DNA of 64,000 bases, taken from contig NC_043014.1 in NCBI RefSeq assembly GCF_006345805.1, positions 2,418,001 to 2,482,000 on the forward strand. Direction: 5' to 3'. This document shows positions 1 to 12,623 of the stretch, one piece after another. Each line of letters begins with the position of its first letter. Position 1 is the stretch's first letter. This DNA comes from Octopus sinensis (lineage: Eukaryota). The position numbers were made by a program, and so were the translations under genes. The notes under the pieces were generated by a model that ran no database searches, was not told the DNA's origin, and saw nothing but the letters and a program-made list of their open reading frames with translations.

Positions 1-911
1 CTAATTAGAGGAGAGTTAATGAGATGTCAGATTATAACAGTTTCTTGTCAGACTGGAAGATTTCAATAAAAACACGAACCAGCAGCTAAGATTGGTTTTT
101 GCGCAGATAAAAAAGCAGATGAAAAAGAGGAAAAAACAGGAACAAAACAAAAAGATTATTTAACAATTTTTTAATGTCTTTTTTTAACCCTTTGGCATTG
201 AGATTTCTCTGTTAAACAAGAATGTTTATTTATTCAAACTGGTTTGAATTAATCCTGCATTATCTCACTCTGCCCATTCAAAGTACCCTGGATTCCAGAA
301 CGTCCCGCTGTGCTTGAGGAGACCTGTTGAGTCGAGTACATGAACATGAACATCGAAATAAATATCAATGGAAATAGTAGTTGTGATACCTGTGCCAGTG
401 GCACATAAAAGGCACCATCCGAACGTGGCCGATGCCAGTGCCAACCCGACTGGCTTCTGTGCTGGTGGCACATAAAAGGCACCATCCGAACGTGGCCGAT
501 GCCAGTGCCAACCCGACTGGCTTCTGTGCCGGTAGCACATAAAAAGCACCATCCGAACGTGGCCGATGCCAGTGCCACCCTGACTGGCTTCCGTGCCGGT
601 GGCACGTTAAAAGCTCCAACCGATTGTGGCCGATGCCAGACCCCCCCCCCGGCACCTGTGCAGGTGGCACGTAAAAAGCACCCACTACACTTGCGGAGTG
701 GTTGGCGTTAGGAAGGGCATCCAGCTGTAGAAACTCTGCCAGATCAGACTGGAGCCTGGTGCAGCCCCTGGCTTCCCAGACCCCAGTCGAACCGTCCAAC
801 CCATGCTCGCGCGGAAAACGGACGTTAAATGATGATGATGAGTTCTCACACCAAATTACTTGCAGGACAAGTACATCGCTGAAAATAGTATAAGAACAAA
901 GAACTACTCAC

Positions 912-1053
912 TGAAAGACCTCGAATCCGGTAGGTTCCATCTTGTTCGGTTTTACTTTCTTCTTGATATTGGACAGAACCAGACACACTGACAGCTTCTA
1001 CAAGAACTCCCGGTTCTGGTTCCCCGTTCAGCGAACTTACACGTCCATAGCAA
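912..1053 (-). CDS. NOMO1: NOMO exon 25 (gene continues beyond the left edge)
   Basis: SCYGRVSSLNGEPEPGVLVEAVSVSGSVQYQEESKTEQDGTYRIRGLS; cag/gtgagt; phase 2->0; C-terminal TM region not in window. Confidence 0.96.
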
Positions 1054-2004
1054 CTGTAACACAAGAAAGGAGAAGACATCATCATTATCCTAATAACCAT
1101 TATAATAACTAAACGAGCACAATTCACCTGTGGACACTCAATCTCTCTCCTCCAAACTCGCCAGGTGAAACACCTCACTTGTCCCTGGCATTTACAGGTT
1201 TTAACACTCAGCACTTTTGAGAGAATATTCTCCACCACACCAAATCGCAACCGACCAGCAAATACATTAAGTATATGCGATTGATAATGCGCGCATGCAC
1301 ACATGATGTGCGTGTGTGTATGTGTGTGTATATATATTCTTTTACTTGTTTCAGTCATTTGACTGTGGCCATGCTGGAGCACTGCCATTAGTCGAAAAAA
1401 ATCGACCCCAGGACTTATTCTTTGTAAGCCTAGTACTTACTCTATCAGTTTCTTTTGCTGAACCACTAAGTTACAGGGATGTGAACACACCAACATTGGT
1501 TGTCAAGCAATGGTGGGAGGGACAAACACACACACATACACTCTCGGAGTGGTTGGTGTTAAGAAGGGCATCTAGCTGTAGAAACTCTGCCAGATCAGAT
1601 TGGAGTCTGGTGCAGCCATCTGGTTCGCCAGTCCTCAGTCAAATCATCCAACCCATGCTAGCATGGAAAGTGGACGTTAAACGATGATGATGACGACGGG
1701 CTTCTTTCAGTTTCCGTCTAGCAAATCCACTCACAAGGCTTTGGTCAGCACGAGGCTATAGTAGAAGACACTTGCCCAAGGTGCCACGCTGTGGGACTGA
1801 ACCCAGAACCATGTTGTTGGTAAGCAAGCCACTTACTACACAGCCACTCCTACGCCTACACACACATATATACACACACACACATACAGTAGGCTTCTAC
1901 ATAGTTTCTGAAGTTGATGATGCTGATGATAAAGTTAATGGTGAAGATGATGACGATGATGATGATGACATTATTATTAGTATTGTTGCTGTTGCCATAG
2001 TTAC

Positions 2005-2132
2005 CTGTAAGCCTCACGAAATCCCTTGATGTTCACGTTGATCCTGGTCCCTTCCTCCACGCTAATCATCTGACTGGCAGGTTCAAAACGATACTCCTTC
2101 ATCATGGGTCGGAGGAAATAACGTCCAGGACT
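2005..2132 (-). CDS. NOMO1: NOMO exon 24
   Basis: SPGRYFLRPMMKEYRFEPASQMISVEEGTRINVNIKGFREAY; cag/gtaact; phase 0->2. Confidence 0.96.
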
Positions 2133-2820
2133 CTGCAGAATAAAAACAACAAAAATAAATACATCATCACCATCTCACACACACACACACAAACAGAAGC
2201 TGTGATGCTAAAATGGCATTGTAAGTTCAATCCTTACTACAGTACCAAGTGTGTGGGGTATCCTTGAGCAAAGCACACACCTGATGTTTTATACTCTAAA
2301 GCATTAACAATAATAATTTATAACTAGTTATTCGTATCAGAACACATAAGCAAAATTAATTAATTACATACATACATGCATACATACATACGTACACACA
2401 CACACAGAGGGGTGTCTATTTATTTCGATCTGCCTCTGTGTATATTGTTTAATCCACAACTGAGGGGTTAGTGCTAAGAAGAGACATAACCTGGCTATGC
2501 AACCAACTAGGAGAAGACAAATACCATTTCACCAATTGCTAACTCGTTAAAGGTAAGATGAGACAAGAACCAGCTGCAAAAATCAGCTGGTAGAAAGAAA
2601 AAAAAATATATCATCATCATCATCATCATTGTTGTTTAACGTCTGTTTTCCGCGCTAGCACGGGTTGGACGGTTCGACCGGGGTCTGAGAAGCCAGGAGG
2701 CTGCACCAGGCTCCAGTCTGATCTGGCAGAGTTTCTACAGCTGGATGCCCTTCCTAACGCCAACCACTCCGCAAGTGTAGTGGGTGCTTTTTACGTGCCA
2801 CCTGCACAGGTGCCAGGGGG

Positions 2821-2865
<45 letters not shown>

Positions 2866-3790
2866 AATGATAGTACTGCCTGACAGGCCCTTGTGCCGGT
2901 GGCATGTAACTCTCAGAGTGGTTGACATTAGGAAGGGCATCTAGCTGTAGAAACTCTGCCAGATCGGATTGGTACCTGGTGCAGCCTCCTGGTTTGCTGG
3001 CCCTCAATCAATCTGGCCAACCCATGCCAGCATGGAAAGCAGACATTAAATGACGACAATGATGATGATGATAAAGAAGAATGAGTGTAAATATACATTA
3101 CATAAGATATATCGTAAACAATTCAAAAGTATTTACGAATATTTCAGAGGCCAGAAACATGCAAAGGAAATTATTTCATCAGAGAAGAATATACAATTCC
3201 TGACTTCAAAACTGCAACGGAGGACTCACCTTTTGTTTTTATTTAAATTTTAGATTCTTATGTCATGTTGCCTGCCAACAGCATTTGTAGTTGAGGAGAC
3301 TAAATATGAGTGATTATAGCAGTTTTGACTGCTATTTCCAGGCATGTAAGGGTTTTCTTTTTTTAACCCTCTCCATTATAATTGTGATTTATTCACAATT
3401 ACATACTTTTCTATGTATGTATATATATGTGTGTGTGTGTATACATGTATATTTCCTGACAAGATAATCTGCAGGGAGGGAATTCCAGTTGGATGATTAT
3501 TTGGGGAGGGAAGGATTGGGTATAGTGATTAGGGAGCAGAGCAGGAGACAAAAGAGGGTAAACTGTAAACATAGTGGCAGAAAGCAAGAGGAAATCATTG
3601 CTGTATTTTTTTCACAAGAAATGTCCTGAATCTTCAGACACGGATACAGAAGTCCCCAGATTGCCAATGCCAGGAGGCATGGCAACTGATGTGAAAGAAG
3701 AAGTTGTGCTTTGTCTGAACAAAACAAGAGAACAAAAAACAAAAACAAAACGGAACAAAACACTACAAGAGAACATTGATGGTGACTTAC

Positions 3791-3907
3791 CAATGAGGAG
3801 AAGACCATGATACCATTTTCTTTGATTAGGTTATTACTGCGATACTGGTTGTCACCACTGAGGGACAGCAGAACAGATGACAAATAGTTGTTGTTCTCAT
3901 CAACAAC
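3791..3907 (-). CDS. NOMO1: NOMO exon 23
   Basis: VVDENNNYLSSVLLSLSGDNQYRSNNLIKENGIMVFSSL; cag/gtaagt. Confidence 0.95.
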
Positions 3908-3954
3908 CTGTAAAGAAAAGAAATTATTATTATTATTATCATTATTATTATTAT

Positions 3955-4508
3955 TGAGTGAGAGAGCAGTGGATGCAATCAAAGTGACGCTGGGGTAAAA
4001 TATACGAAGCCCAGTATACCCATCATGACTACCCGTCTGATAAGGGTACACCAGGCACATGCATCACAACCATATGTGTGCGACATGGCGATCTCATATG
4101 AAGATAAACAGCACATGACCTTGCAGGTGGGACCCAGTTAGAATTTTCTTCAGGTTGAGTAGCCCATCCCGCTCAAAAGGTCCCTGAATAAGGATTAAGG
4201 ATGTTGAACGAAACACCCATGTTTCCAGAGGTGAATTATCCAAACCCCAAAGAATTCCTCTCAGCATATGGCTATGATGCCCCCCCCCCACTACTTCTGC
4301 TCGTGATCAGAGATGCACATATTGTCAGCCACTAAGGGACATGCTCAACTGGTTAAGGTCAAACAACTGACAAGCAAATCTGTGGTATTGAGCAGAATAT
4401 TTGCTGTGGCCCATCTTTTATACCAAGACAAAACAATGTACATGATAACACTTCCAATCAGTTAAGATCAGAAGCCATGAGAGCCAGTGTCTGGTACTGC
4501 ATCAGGGC

Positions 4509-4511
<3 letters not shown>
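3955..4511 (-). mobile_element. (TAA)n-embedded non-coding retroposon; other copies ~31366-31803 (-) and ~59132-59510 (+)
   Basis: All three copies share the 3' end ...gctctctcactc followed by (AAT)n; two are 5'-truncated. Confidence 0.75.
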
Positions 4512-4540
<29 letters not shown>

Positions 4541-4541
<1 letters not shown>

Positions 4542-4800
4542 ACTAGTGCAAGCTGATTAAGTTAGCAAGTACCTTTATCTTGAGGCTTGGCAACTAGTCT
4601 CCTGAAAGCTCAAGAAGCTTTCTTAAGATACTTGAACAATATAGGATGGCATTCTTTTGCTGCCGGTCGACAATGCAAGAATCAATTCCAATTCTTTTCA
4701 AGTCTTTTTGGAAGCATTTTGGGTGTTGTACCAAATGCACCAATTAATACAGGAATAATTATTGCCTTGGTCTTCCGCAGTTTCCTAACCCCTGCAACCA
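4541..4800 (-). mobile_element. R4/Dong-like non-LTR element 3' end abutting (TAA)n
   Basis: KAIIIPVLIGAFGTTPKML..., frameshift, IGI...QKNAILYCSSILRKLLEL; resembles RLE-type C-termini; followed by (TAA)n. Confidence 0.65.
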
Positions 4801-4885
4801 CCATTACCTACACTGCAAAGACCCCCACACTACTTCAACGCTCACCAATTCTTACAAAGAGAGGACAAAACTGTTGTCGCCTTAC

Positions 4886-5012
4886 CGTGACGGATATTTC
4901 TCCAAGCTGAAGAGCTTTAAAGTTGTTGGGGTTTTGTGGGTCTTTGGTCAAAACATACCCAGTCTTTGACGCTTCCACACTGTATTTCTTGTCTCCGTGA
5001 AGAGGTCCCAAG
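4886..5012 (-). CDS. NOMO1: NOMO exon 22
   Basis: RLGPLHGDKKYSVEASKTGYVLTKDPQNPNNFKALQLGEISVT; cag/gtaagg; phase 2->0. Confidence 0.95.
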
Positions 5013-5624
5013 CTGCAGGAGAGAAGCAGAAGAGGATTACTGATGCAATGCCTCAATGTCATGCATGAATAAACACATTTATGAGTGGATGTAAATGAAT
5101 TAAGGGTTTTACATATTATATAGGAGAACTCCGTCAGTTACGACGATGAGGGTCCCAGCTGATAAGATCAACAGACCAGTTTGCTCGTGAAATTAATATG
5201 CAAGTGGCTGAGCGCTCCACAGACATGTGTACCTTTAACATAGTTCTCAGGGAGAATCAGTGTCACAGAGTGTGACAAGGCTGGCCCTTTCAAATACAGG
5301 TACAACTCATTTTTGCCAGCTGAGTGAACAGGAGCAACGTGAAATAAAGTGTCTTGCTCAAGGACACATGGTGTCCCTGGGAATTGAACTCATGACCTTA
5401 CAATCATGAGCCGAACACCCTAACCACTCAGCCAACGTGCCTTCACACATATTATATATAGATCATTATATAATAACTATTAATGATTACTGAGAATTAG
5501 GTTAGACAACTCGTTATTGCTAATTATGTAATTTATTACTAATTTAGCGAAACAGCTAAATAACTTTTAAATTAGGTTTTAATATATCAATCATATTATT
5601 TGTCTGTTTCTTCTAACACATAAA

Positions 5625-5836
5625 AAGGGGCTACTGAAAAATTCCTGGCATCAAGGGTATCAAGAAGGGTGGGATTAGAAGCCCAACCTTCCAAATTCTT
5701 TTACAGGGCTCAGAAAAACTGAAGGACCACTGCAATAAATGAACCTGAGAGGGGGATATATTGAATAAAATTATAATTAACTGATCCTTCTGTATTTTCT
5801 TTTACCCAAAGCCAGGGACTTTTCAGCAACCCTCGT
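5625..5836. mobile_element. mariner-type MITE relic
   Basis: Degenerate TIRs ggggctactgaaaaattcctggc / gccagggacttttcagcaaccctcgt. Confidence 0.5.
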
Positions 5837-5932
5837 GTATATATATATAATATATATATATATAATAATATTAAGGAGTAAATCCAAACTTACAGGGAAA
5901 AAGTAGATTTAGGATTAAATCTAATTTTATAG

Positions 5933-5971
<39 letters not shown>

Positions 5972-6110
5972 CGGAGATGTACTCGCATAGCAAGTGATTT
6001 GATCTGAGATCGTGTGCTGAAACGAAAACAATTGCAGTGTGGAAGGTGTTTGTAAGCCATTTAAGAAACACACAAAAGCCGTTCGATTCACTCCAACATT
6101 TAAGTTTAAT

Positions 6111-6159
6111 TTGTCAAAATATTTTCGTCGCTATAAGACCGCGACCTGTTCACTGACAA
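6111..6159 (-). ncRNA. Putative type I hammerhead ribozyme, G3-C8 variant (left palindrome arm)
   Basis: ttgtca-GUGAACA-G-GUCGC(9 nt)GCGAC-GAAA-AUAU-UU-tgacaa: 6-bp stem I, 5-bp stem II, palindromic stem III. Confidence 0.65.
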
Positions 6160-6179
6160 GAATCCATGCTGCACGGATT

Positions 6180-6230
6180 TTTGTCAGTGAACAGGTTGCG
6201 GTCTTAAAGCGACGAAAATATTTTGACAAA
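6180..6230 (+). ncRNA. Putative type I hammerhead ribozyme, G3-C8 variant (right palindrome arm)
   Basis: tttgtca-GUGAACA-G-GUUGC...GCGAC-GAAA-AUAU-UU-tgacaaa. Confidence 0.62.
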
Positions 6231-7567
6231 TTAAACTTAAATGTTGAAGTGAATCGAACGGCTTTTGTGTGTTTCTTAAATGGCTTAGAAACACCTTCCA
6301 CGCTGCAATTGTTATATATATATATATATATATATATTTAAATAATGAGGGAGATAAATTGAATATTAATTTAATTAATATCAATTTAAAACCAGTAGCC
6401 TAGCATATAAAAAATCTGAAAAATCAGTTGCCTAGCATTGTATTGAAATATATATATATATATATAAATCATCATCATCATCATCATCGTTTAACGTCCG
6501 TTCTCCATGCTAGCATGGGTTGGACGGTTCGACCGGGGATCTGGGAAGCCAGAAGGTTGCACCAGGCTCCAGTCTTATCTGGCAATGTTTCTGTGAATTT
6601 TTGAATGTGTACAAATAAACACACACACACAGAGTCAAGAGACTTGAATGGTGCAAGTGAACTGACAAAGTCCTTAGTACATCAGACACAACATTCCACG
6701 GTATTTGTTGACTACAAGGCATCTCGTTTGATGCTCTACTGACTCTGCTAAAGTCATTGCCCTAGGCTGCTATTTTATCATCTGAATCTGAAATCCCTAG
6801 CTAGTGATTGGAGGGGGTGGTCGTCCTCTCAACCAATACGCTGACGTCAATGCCACTGGAGGACGGACTCTGATGACAATGTGATTATGCGATTCCACGC
6901 TTTCTGATTCAAAGCCAGCACCATGAATCAGAAAGCATGGAATAGGGTTAGGGTTAGGGTTAGGCTTGAACCCATACAACACAAAGCCCTTCTGCCAACA
7001 CACTGACTCCTACACCGACCCTTGCACTGGAATTTCATTTTATTAAACCACCCCAGACCCCTAAAAAAAATGAAAGGCAAAGCTTGACCACTGCAGAATT
7101 TGAACTCAGAATGCAGGCAATAGGAACAAACACCACAAGGCACTTTGCCTCGTGTCCTTCCGATCCTGCCAATTCTCCACCAATGGAATCTTCGTACTGA
7201 AATATGAGCAGCACGGAAGTTTACAGCAAATGATAACAATGATAGGAATGGTAGGGGAGTCAGTGTGGTTGTCGTTTAGCCCCAGGTCAGCCATGATCAA
7301 ACAGGCATAAGGCTGAAGACATTCCAGACTTCACCACTAACTCATTTATTCAGTCACAGTGTATCTAGGACTACATTGTTGAAAAGTGTCTTTTAGTAAA
7401 AAAAACAAAGCAAAACAGAAAAGAGTATTGTAGGGTGTGATTGAAGGGAGATTTAGCTGCTGTTTATAGTGTGTCAAGCAATTAGATGGCAGAGTGTTAG
7501 TGGTTGGTGAATGAGGATTTATCTATCAATCAGATTTTAAGAGAAGGCGAGATAGGAACATAAAATC

Positions 7568-7670
<103 letters not shown>

Positions 7671-7799
7671 ATGTGTGAGAGAGAGAGAGAGTCCTTTCTG
7701 AGTATTTGTGCTTTTTAAATGTCTGTGTGTCTTTGTATGTGTGTAGGTGTGTGTGTGTAGGTTCACTCTATGTGTATGTGCCTGTGCATTGGTACAAAG

Positions 7800-7846
<47 letters not shown>

Positions 7847-8825
7847 TGTGTGTGAGAGAGAGAGAGAGAGTCTTTTCTGAGTATTTGTACTTTTTAAATG
7901 CCTGTGTGTAATGGGGGTGTGTCTTTGTATGTGCGTGTGTGTGTGTAGGTTCACTGTGTGTATGTGTACGTGTGTCTGTGCATTTGTACAAAGGCACACG
8001 TGTGTGTGTGTGCATAGTGAATATGTGCGTATGCCTTCGCTTCTGCGCATGGAATCATGTCTGTTTATCTATGGACGAGATCATATGTTATGCGTGTGTG
8101 TGTGCGCACGCACCTGTCTGCGCACGTTTGTGTGCACGCGTGCCAGCCATGTGTGACATTTGTCCTAGTTTAGTGACGCAGGCAGGAGAACAAATGTAGG
8201 TCACACAACCACAGCCACAACAATACCTGGCAACACCTCCAACAACCTTCCCTAAACCATACTGCCACTACAGTTCAGAGATTCCATTCTAAAAATAGAC
8301 GCCGCCATTGCTCTCTTCACGCTTCAGTAGGCAACGCAAGTGAAGAAAAGTACATATCTACCATTGTACTATCATCATACTTGAATAATCACCAGAAAAA
8401 CAAAGACAAACATCAGGGACCAAAATAACAAGATCCTGTTTTGACCCAACTAGGAAGTCTGAAGGGGTTTGTGGACCTACAAGAAATAACAGCTGAATCT
8501 CCTTTAAATTGAATCCTGCATTTTGCCAGCCTCGTCTGGCACCTGTGTCGGTGGCACATAAAAAACACCATCCGAGCGTGGCCGTCTGCCAGCCTCGTCT
8601 GGCACCTGTGTCGGTGGCACATAAAATCACCCACTACACTCTCGGAGTGGTTGGCGTTAGGAAGGGCATCCAGCTGTAGAAACACTGCCAGATCTGACTG
8701 GCCTGGTGCAGCCTTCGGGCTTGCCAGACCCCAGTTGAACCGTCCAACCCATGCCAGCATGGAAAGCGGACGTTAAACGATGATGATGATGATGATGAAG
8801 GACATCAGATAACGAATCCCTAGAT

Positions 8826-9156
8826 CAGGAGTTCTCAACCATTTCTTATCTATGGACCCCTTTGATTACTCTTTTATTTTGGTGGGCTCCCAGAGCCATG
8901 CAATGTTTAAAAACTTCTTTCTAAATTCCTATTTTGTTTTCCACCCATGAACTTGTGTCGGTTGAACTGTGTAAAATGTCAGAGAAAGGAACCCGGCTGT
9001 TTCTTGCAATACATAACCAATACATACATCTAAAGCTTACATCAAGGACCCTTAAAATACTATAGTGGCTCCCCAATTTACTATTTTGTTACATGGACCC
9101 CTAAAATTCTTATATGGACTCTCAAGGGCCATGTGGTCTCAGGTTGAGAACCACAG
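8826..9156. mobile_element. hAT-type MITE
   Basis: TIRs caggagttctcaacc / ggttgagaaccacag; internal ggacccc repeats. Confidence 0.6.
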
Positions 9157-9671
9157 CCCAAGGAATGTTATCAATGGAAAGATAACAAGATCACGACTGA
9201 CAGATCTTGAGTTTGTTAGATTAATTCTCAACTCAAACTAAATAACATCTCTCTCTCTCCCACCCTCTCCCCCTCTCTCTTTCTCCCTCACTCTCCCACT
9301 CCTCTCCCTTCCTCCCTCTCTTCCCTCCCACCATCTCCCCTCTCTTTCTCCCTCACTCCCTCTCGCTCGCTCTCTCTCTCCCTCCCTCTCCCACTCTTCT
9401 CTCCTTCCCTCCCTCTCTCCTTCCCTCCCTCTCTCCCTCCCACCATCTCCCTCCCACCATCTCCCTCACTCTCTCTTCTTCCCTCCCCCATCTCTCTCCC
9501 TCTCTTCCTTCCTCCCCCTCTCGCTCTCTCTCTCCCTCTCTTCTCGCCTTCCCTCCCTCTCTCTCTCCCCTCTCCCTCTATTCTCTCCTTCCCTCCCTCC
9601 CACCATCTCCCCCCTCCCTCTTGTGATGTAGAGAAGTGGACTAAAATGATGTGAATTAAAAGCCATTTTAC

Positions 9672-9834
9672 CGATAGACTCCATCCTGGTCTGTTAGCAA
9701 TGTGGTCGGCGCCATAGTAACAGGATCGTCACAAGACACCACGACAGTGACCCCTTGCAGAGCTGGTTCTATCATGCCAGTGATGAAGATACCGACCTTG
9801 CCGACAAAGTGGGCCACTTCTCCAGGACAGCTTT
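9672..9834 (-). CDS. NOMO1: NOMO exon 21
   Basis: ESCPGEVAHFVGKVGIFITGMIEPALQGVTVVVSCDDPVTMAPTTLLTDQDGVY; cag/gtaaaa; phase 1->2. Confidence 0.94.
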
Positions 9835-11400
9835 CTGCGAAAGAGAGAGAGAGACAAGGAAGAAGACATTTGAGCAGAGACAGGTGGAAGATGGAGACGT
9901 GCATGGACGGGGGGGGGGGACACGTGCATAAGCAACATCAATTTCTGTATCGAAGATTTAATAAATTAGCCATTAGCAACGGCAGCAGAATTTGTAATTG
10001 CAAAACATCAACAGTCGCAGGTGTGGTTTTGTGGTAAGAAATTTGCTTCCAAACCACATGGTTCTGGGTTCAGTCCCACTGCGTGGCACCTGGGGTAAGT
10101 ATCTTCTATTATAGCCTCGGGCCAACCAAAGTTTTCTGAGCAGATTTAGTACATGGAAACTGAATGAAGCCCATTGTATATATATGTGTGTGTGTGTGTG
10201 TGGCATGTAAAAGCACCCTCTACACTCACGGAGTGGTTGGCATTAGGAAGGGCATCCAGCTGTAGAAACTCTGCCAGATCAGATTGGAGTCTGGTGCAGC
10301 CATCTGGTTCGCCAGACATCAGTCAAATCGTCTGACCCATGCTAGCATGGAAAGCAGACGTTAAACGATGATGATGAGGATGTGTGTGTGTGTGATGTCA
10401 ATGGCACCCATGCCAGTGGCATGTTAAAAGCACTCCCTACACTCTTGGAGTGATTGGCGTTAGGAAGGGCATCCAGCTGTAGAAACATTGCCAAATCAGA
10501 TTGGAACCTGGTGCAACTCCCTAGCTTACCAGTTCCCAGTCAAACCATCCAACCCATGCTAGCATGGAAAACGGACATCAAACAATGATGTATGTATAAC
10601 TATGTGTGCCATTCCGTCTGTGTTTGTCCTCAGCACCACTGCTTGACAACCGGTGTTGGTATGTTTGCATCCCCATAACTTAGCGGTTCAGCAAAAAAGA
10701 ATGATAGAATAAGTACTGGGCTCAAAAAAGAAGTACTGGAGTCGATTCATTCGACTAAAAATTCAAGGAGGTGCCCCAACATGGCCACAATCTAATGGCT
10801 GAAACAAGTAAACTATAAAAGATAAGCGGAATGGCTAAACAAAGAATGGCTAAACAGGTGCAGGAGTGGCTGTGTGGTAAGTAGCTTGTTTACCAACCAC
10901 ATGGTTCCGGGTTCAGTCCCACTGCGTGGCACCTTGGGCAAGTGTCTTCTACTATAGCCTTGGGCCGACCAAAGCCTTGTAGTGCATTTGGTAGACAGAA
11001 ACTGAAAGAAGCTGTCGTATATATGTATAATATATATATTATATATATATATGCGTTTGTGGTGTCTGTGTTTGTCCCCCTAGCATTGCTTGACAACCGA
11101 TCTGGTGTGGCTTACGTCCCCGTCACTTAGCGGGTCGGCAAAATAGACCGATAGAATAAGTACTGGCTTACAAGAATTAAGTCCCGGGGTCGATTTGCTC
11201 GACTAAAGGCGGTGCTCCAGCATGGCTGCAGTTAACTGACTGAAACAAGTAAAGAGTAAAAGAGGCCATCAAGGTTGGATCAACGCAAGGAGAACCAAAC
11301 TGAAATGGAAAAAGATGATCATGGACCGAGTTGGGTTGAAAAATAATAAAGTGTGAAGATGAGAAGGGTCAATGACGAAAGAAAAAGGTGTCAGACTCAC

Positions 11401-11483
11401 CTCCCTGGATAGTGACTTCCATGTGATTAGGAGAGAATAACAACACATCAGATGCAACTTGGATCTCCAGATGTTCATTGTTC
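11401..11483 (-). CDS. NOMO1: NOMO exon 20
   Basis: KNNEHLEIQVASDVLLFSPNHMEVTIQG; cag/gtgagt; phase 2->1. Confidence 0.91.
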
Positions 11484-11627
11484 CTGGAATGGAGGAAGGT
11501 TTAGAGAGATACAATGAACTGCTACCCTCAGACAACCATGTCACAGTGAATTGATCTGTTCAATCAACCATGTCACAATGAACAGTAGCTTTCAGTCAAC
11601 TGTGTCACAGTAAAGTTGCTTTTAGTT

Positions 11628-12044
11628 AACCATGATGCAGTGAAAGGTCACCTTCAGTCAACCATGATGCAGTGAAAGGTCACCTTCAGTCAACCATGAT
11701 GCAGTGAAAGGTCACCGTCAGTCAACCGTGATGCAGTGAAAGGTCACCTTCAGTCAACCATGATGCAGTGAAAGGTCACCTTCAGTCAACCGTGATGCAG
11801 TGAATGGTCACCTTCAGTCAACCATGATGCAGTGAATGGTCAACTACAGTCAACCGTGATGCAGTGAATGGTCACCTTCAGTCAACCATGATGCAGTGAA
11901 TGGTCAACTTCAGTCAACCATGATGCAGTGAATGGTCAACTTCAGTCAACCATGATGCAGTGAATGGTCAACTTCAGTCAACCATGATGCAGTGAAAGGT
12001 CACCTTCAGTCAACCATGATGCAGTGAAAGGTCACCTTCAGTCA
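11628..12044. repeat. 32-bp minisatellite, ~13 copies, in NOMO intron 19
   Basis: Unit aaccatgatgcagtgaaaggtcaccttcagtc; degenerate copies on both flanks. Confidence 0.95.
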
Positions 12045-12282
12045 GCTGTGTGTTACAGTGAACTGTTGTGTTCAGTTGTGTTGCAGAAATTCATGTGATG
12101 GTAAACTGTTGCCATAGTAACAGTGAACACTTTTTACAGATACATGTACTTACAAACAAACATAAATACAAGCTCTCACATGCATGTACACTCACACACA
12201 CACACACAATCAGACCCACACTTAGAGACACATTCATTCACTTTACACACAAACACACAGAAACAAAAAAAAACAGACATAC

Positions 12283-12435
12283 TTGGCCCAGTAAGAGAAA
12301 TGGTATTGAAAACTGGTCTGGGCAGGTTCTGACTGGGTGTCCGAGTCTGTTGCCTCACTGTCCGAGGACTCTTTCTTTGGTGGGTTGTCACACTCAAGTG
12401 GACCAATGACTATCGGACTTTTCAAGAGTGAAGAC
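12283..12435 (-). CDS. NOMO1: NOMO exon 19
   Basis: KSSLLKSPIVIGPLECDNPPKKESSDSEATDSDTQSEPAQTSFQYHFSYWA; cag/gtatgt; phase 2->2. Confidence 0.93.
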
Positions 12436-12623
12436 CTGAAAAGACAAGACGCAGGTTTAGATCACTTTCAACAGATTAATAATAACCCACACTCACACTC
12501 CACTCAAAAACACTAAAAGCCTAAACTTACTGCCCCCCCCTCGCCCCGCCCAACCTACTGCACTCATAGAGTACCTCACTTCTACAGTCCTCCCTCCAAC
12601 TCAATTAAAAAAAATAGACTCTC

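Larger units (their letters stand above)
6027..6313. repeat. Fold-back palindrome (~140-bp arms) between (TA)n tracts
   Basis: Arms 6027-6165 and 6175-6313, about 6-7 mismatches by eye. Confidence 0.95.

Noticed and set aside
249-893. ORFs with repeated CHRHRSQSGWHWHRPRSDGAF motifs (also ~28559-29357, 46609-47002, 58120-58556)
   Set aside because: Translations of the family-D tandem units; open in several frames and intronic or intergenic.
6870-6907. C/D-box snoRNA (tgatga...ctga)
   Set aside because: Too short (~38 nt), with no convincing terminal stem or recognisable guide.
11628-12044. CRISPR-like 32-bp repeats
   Set aside because: Head-to-tail units without unique spacers, inside a eukaryotic intron: a minisatellite.
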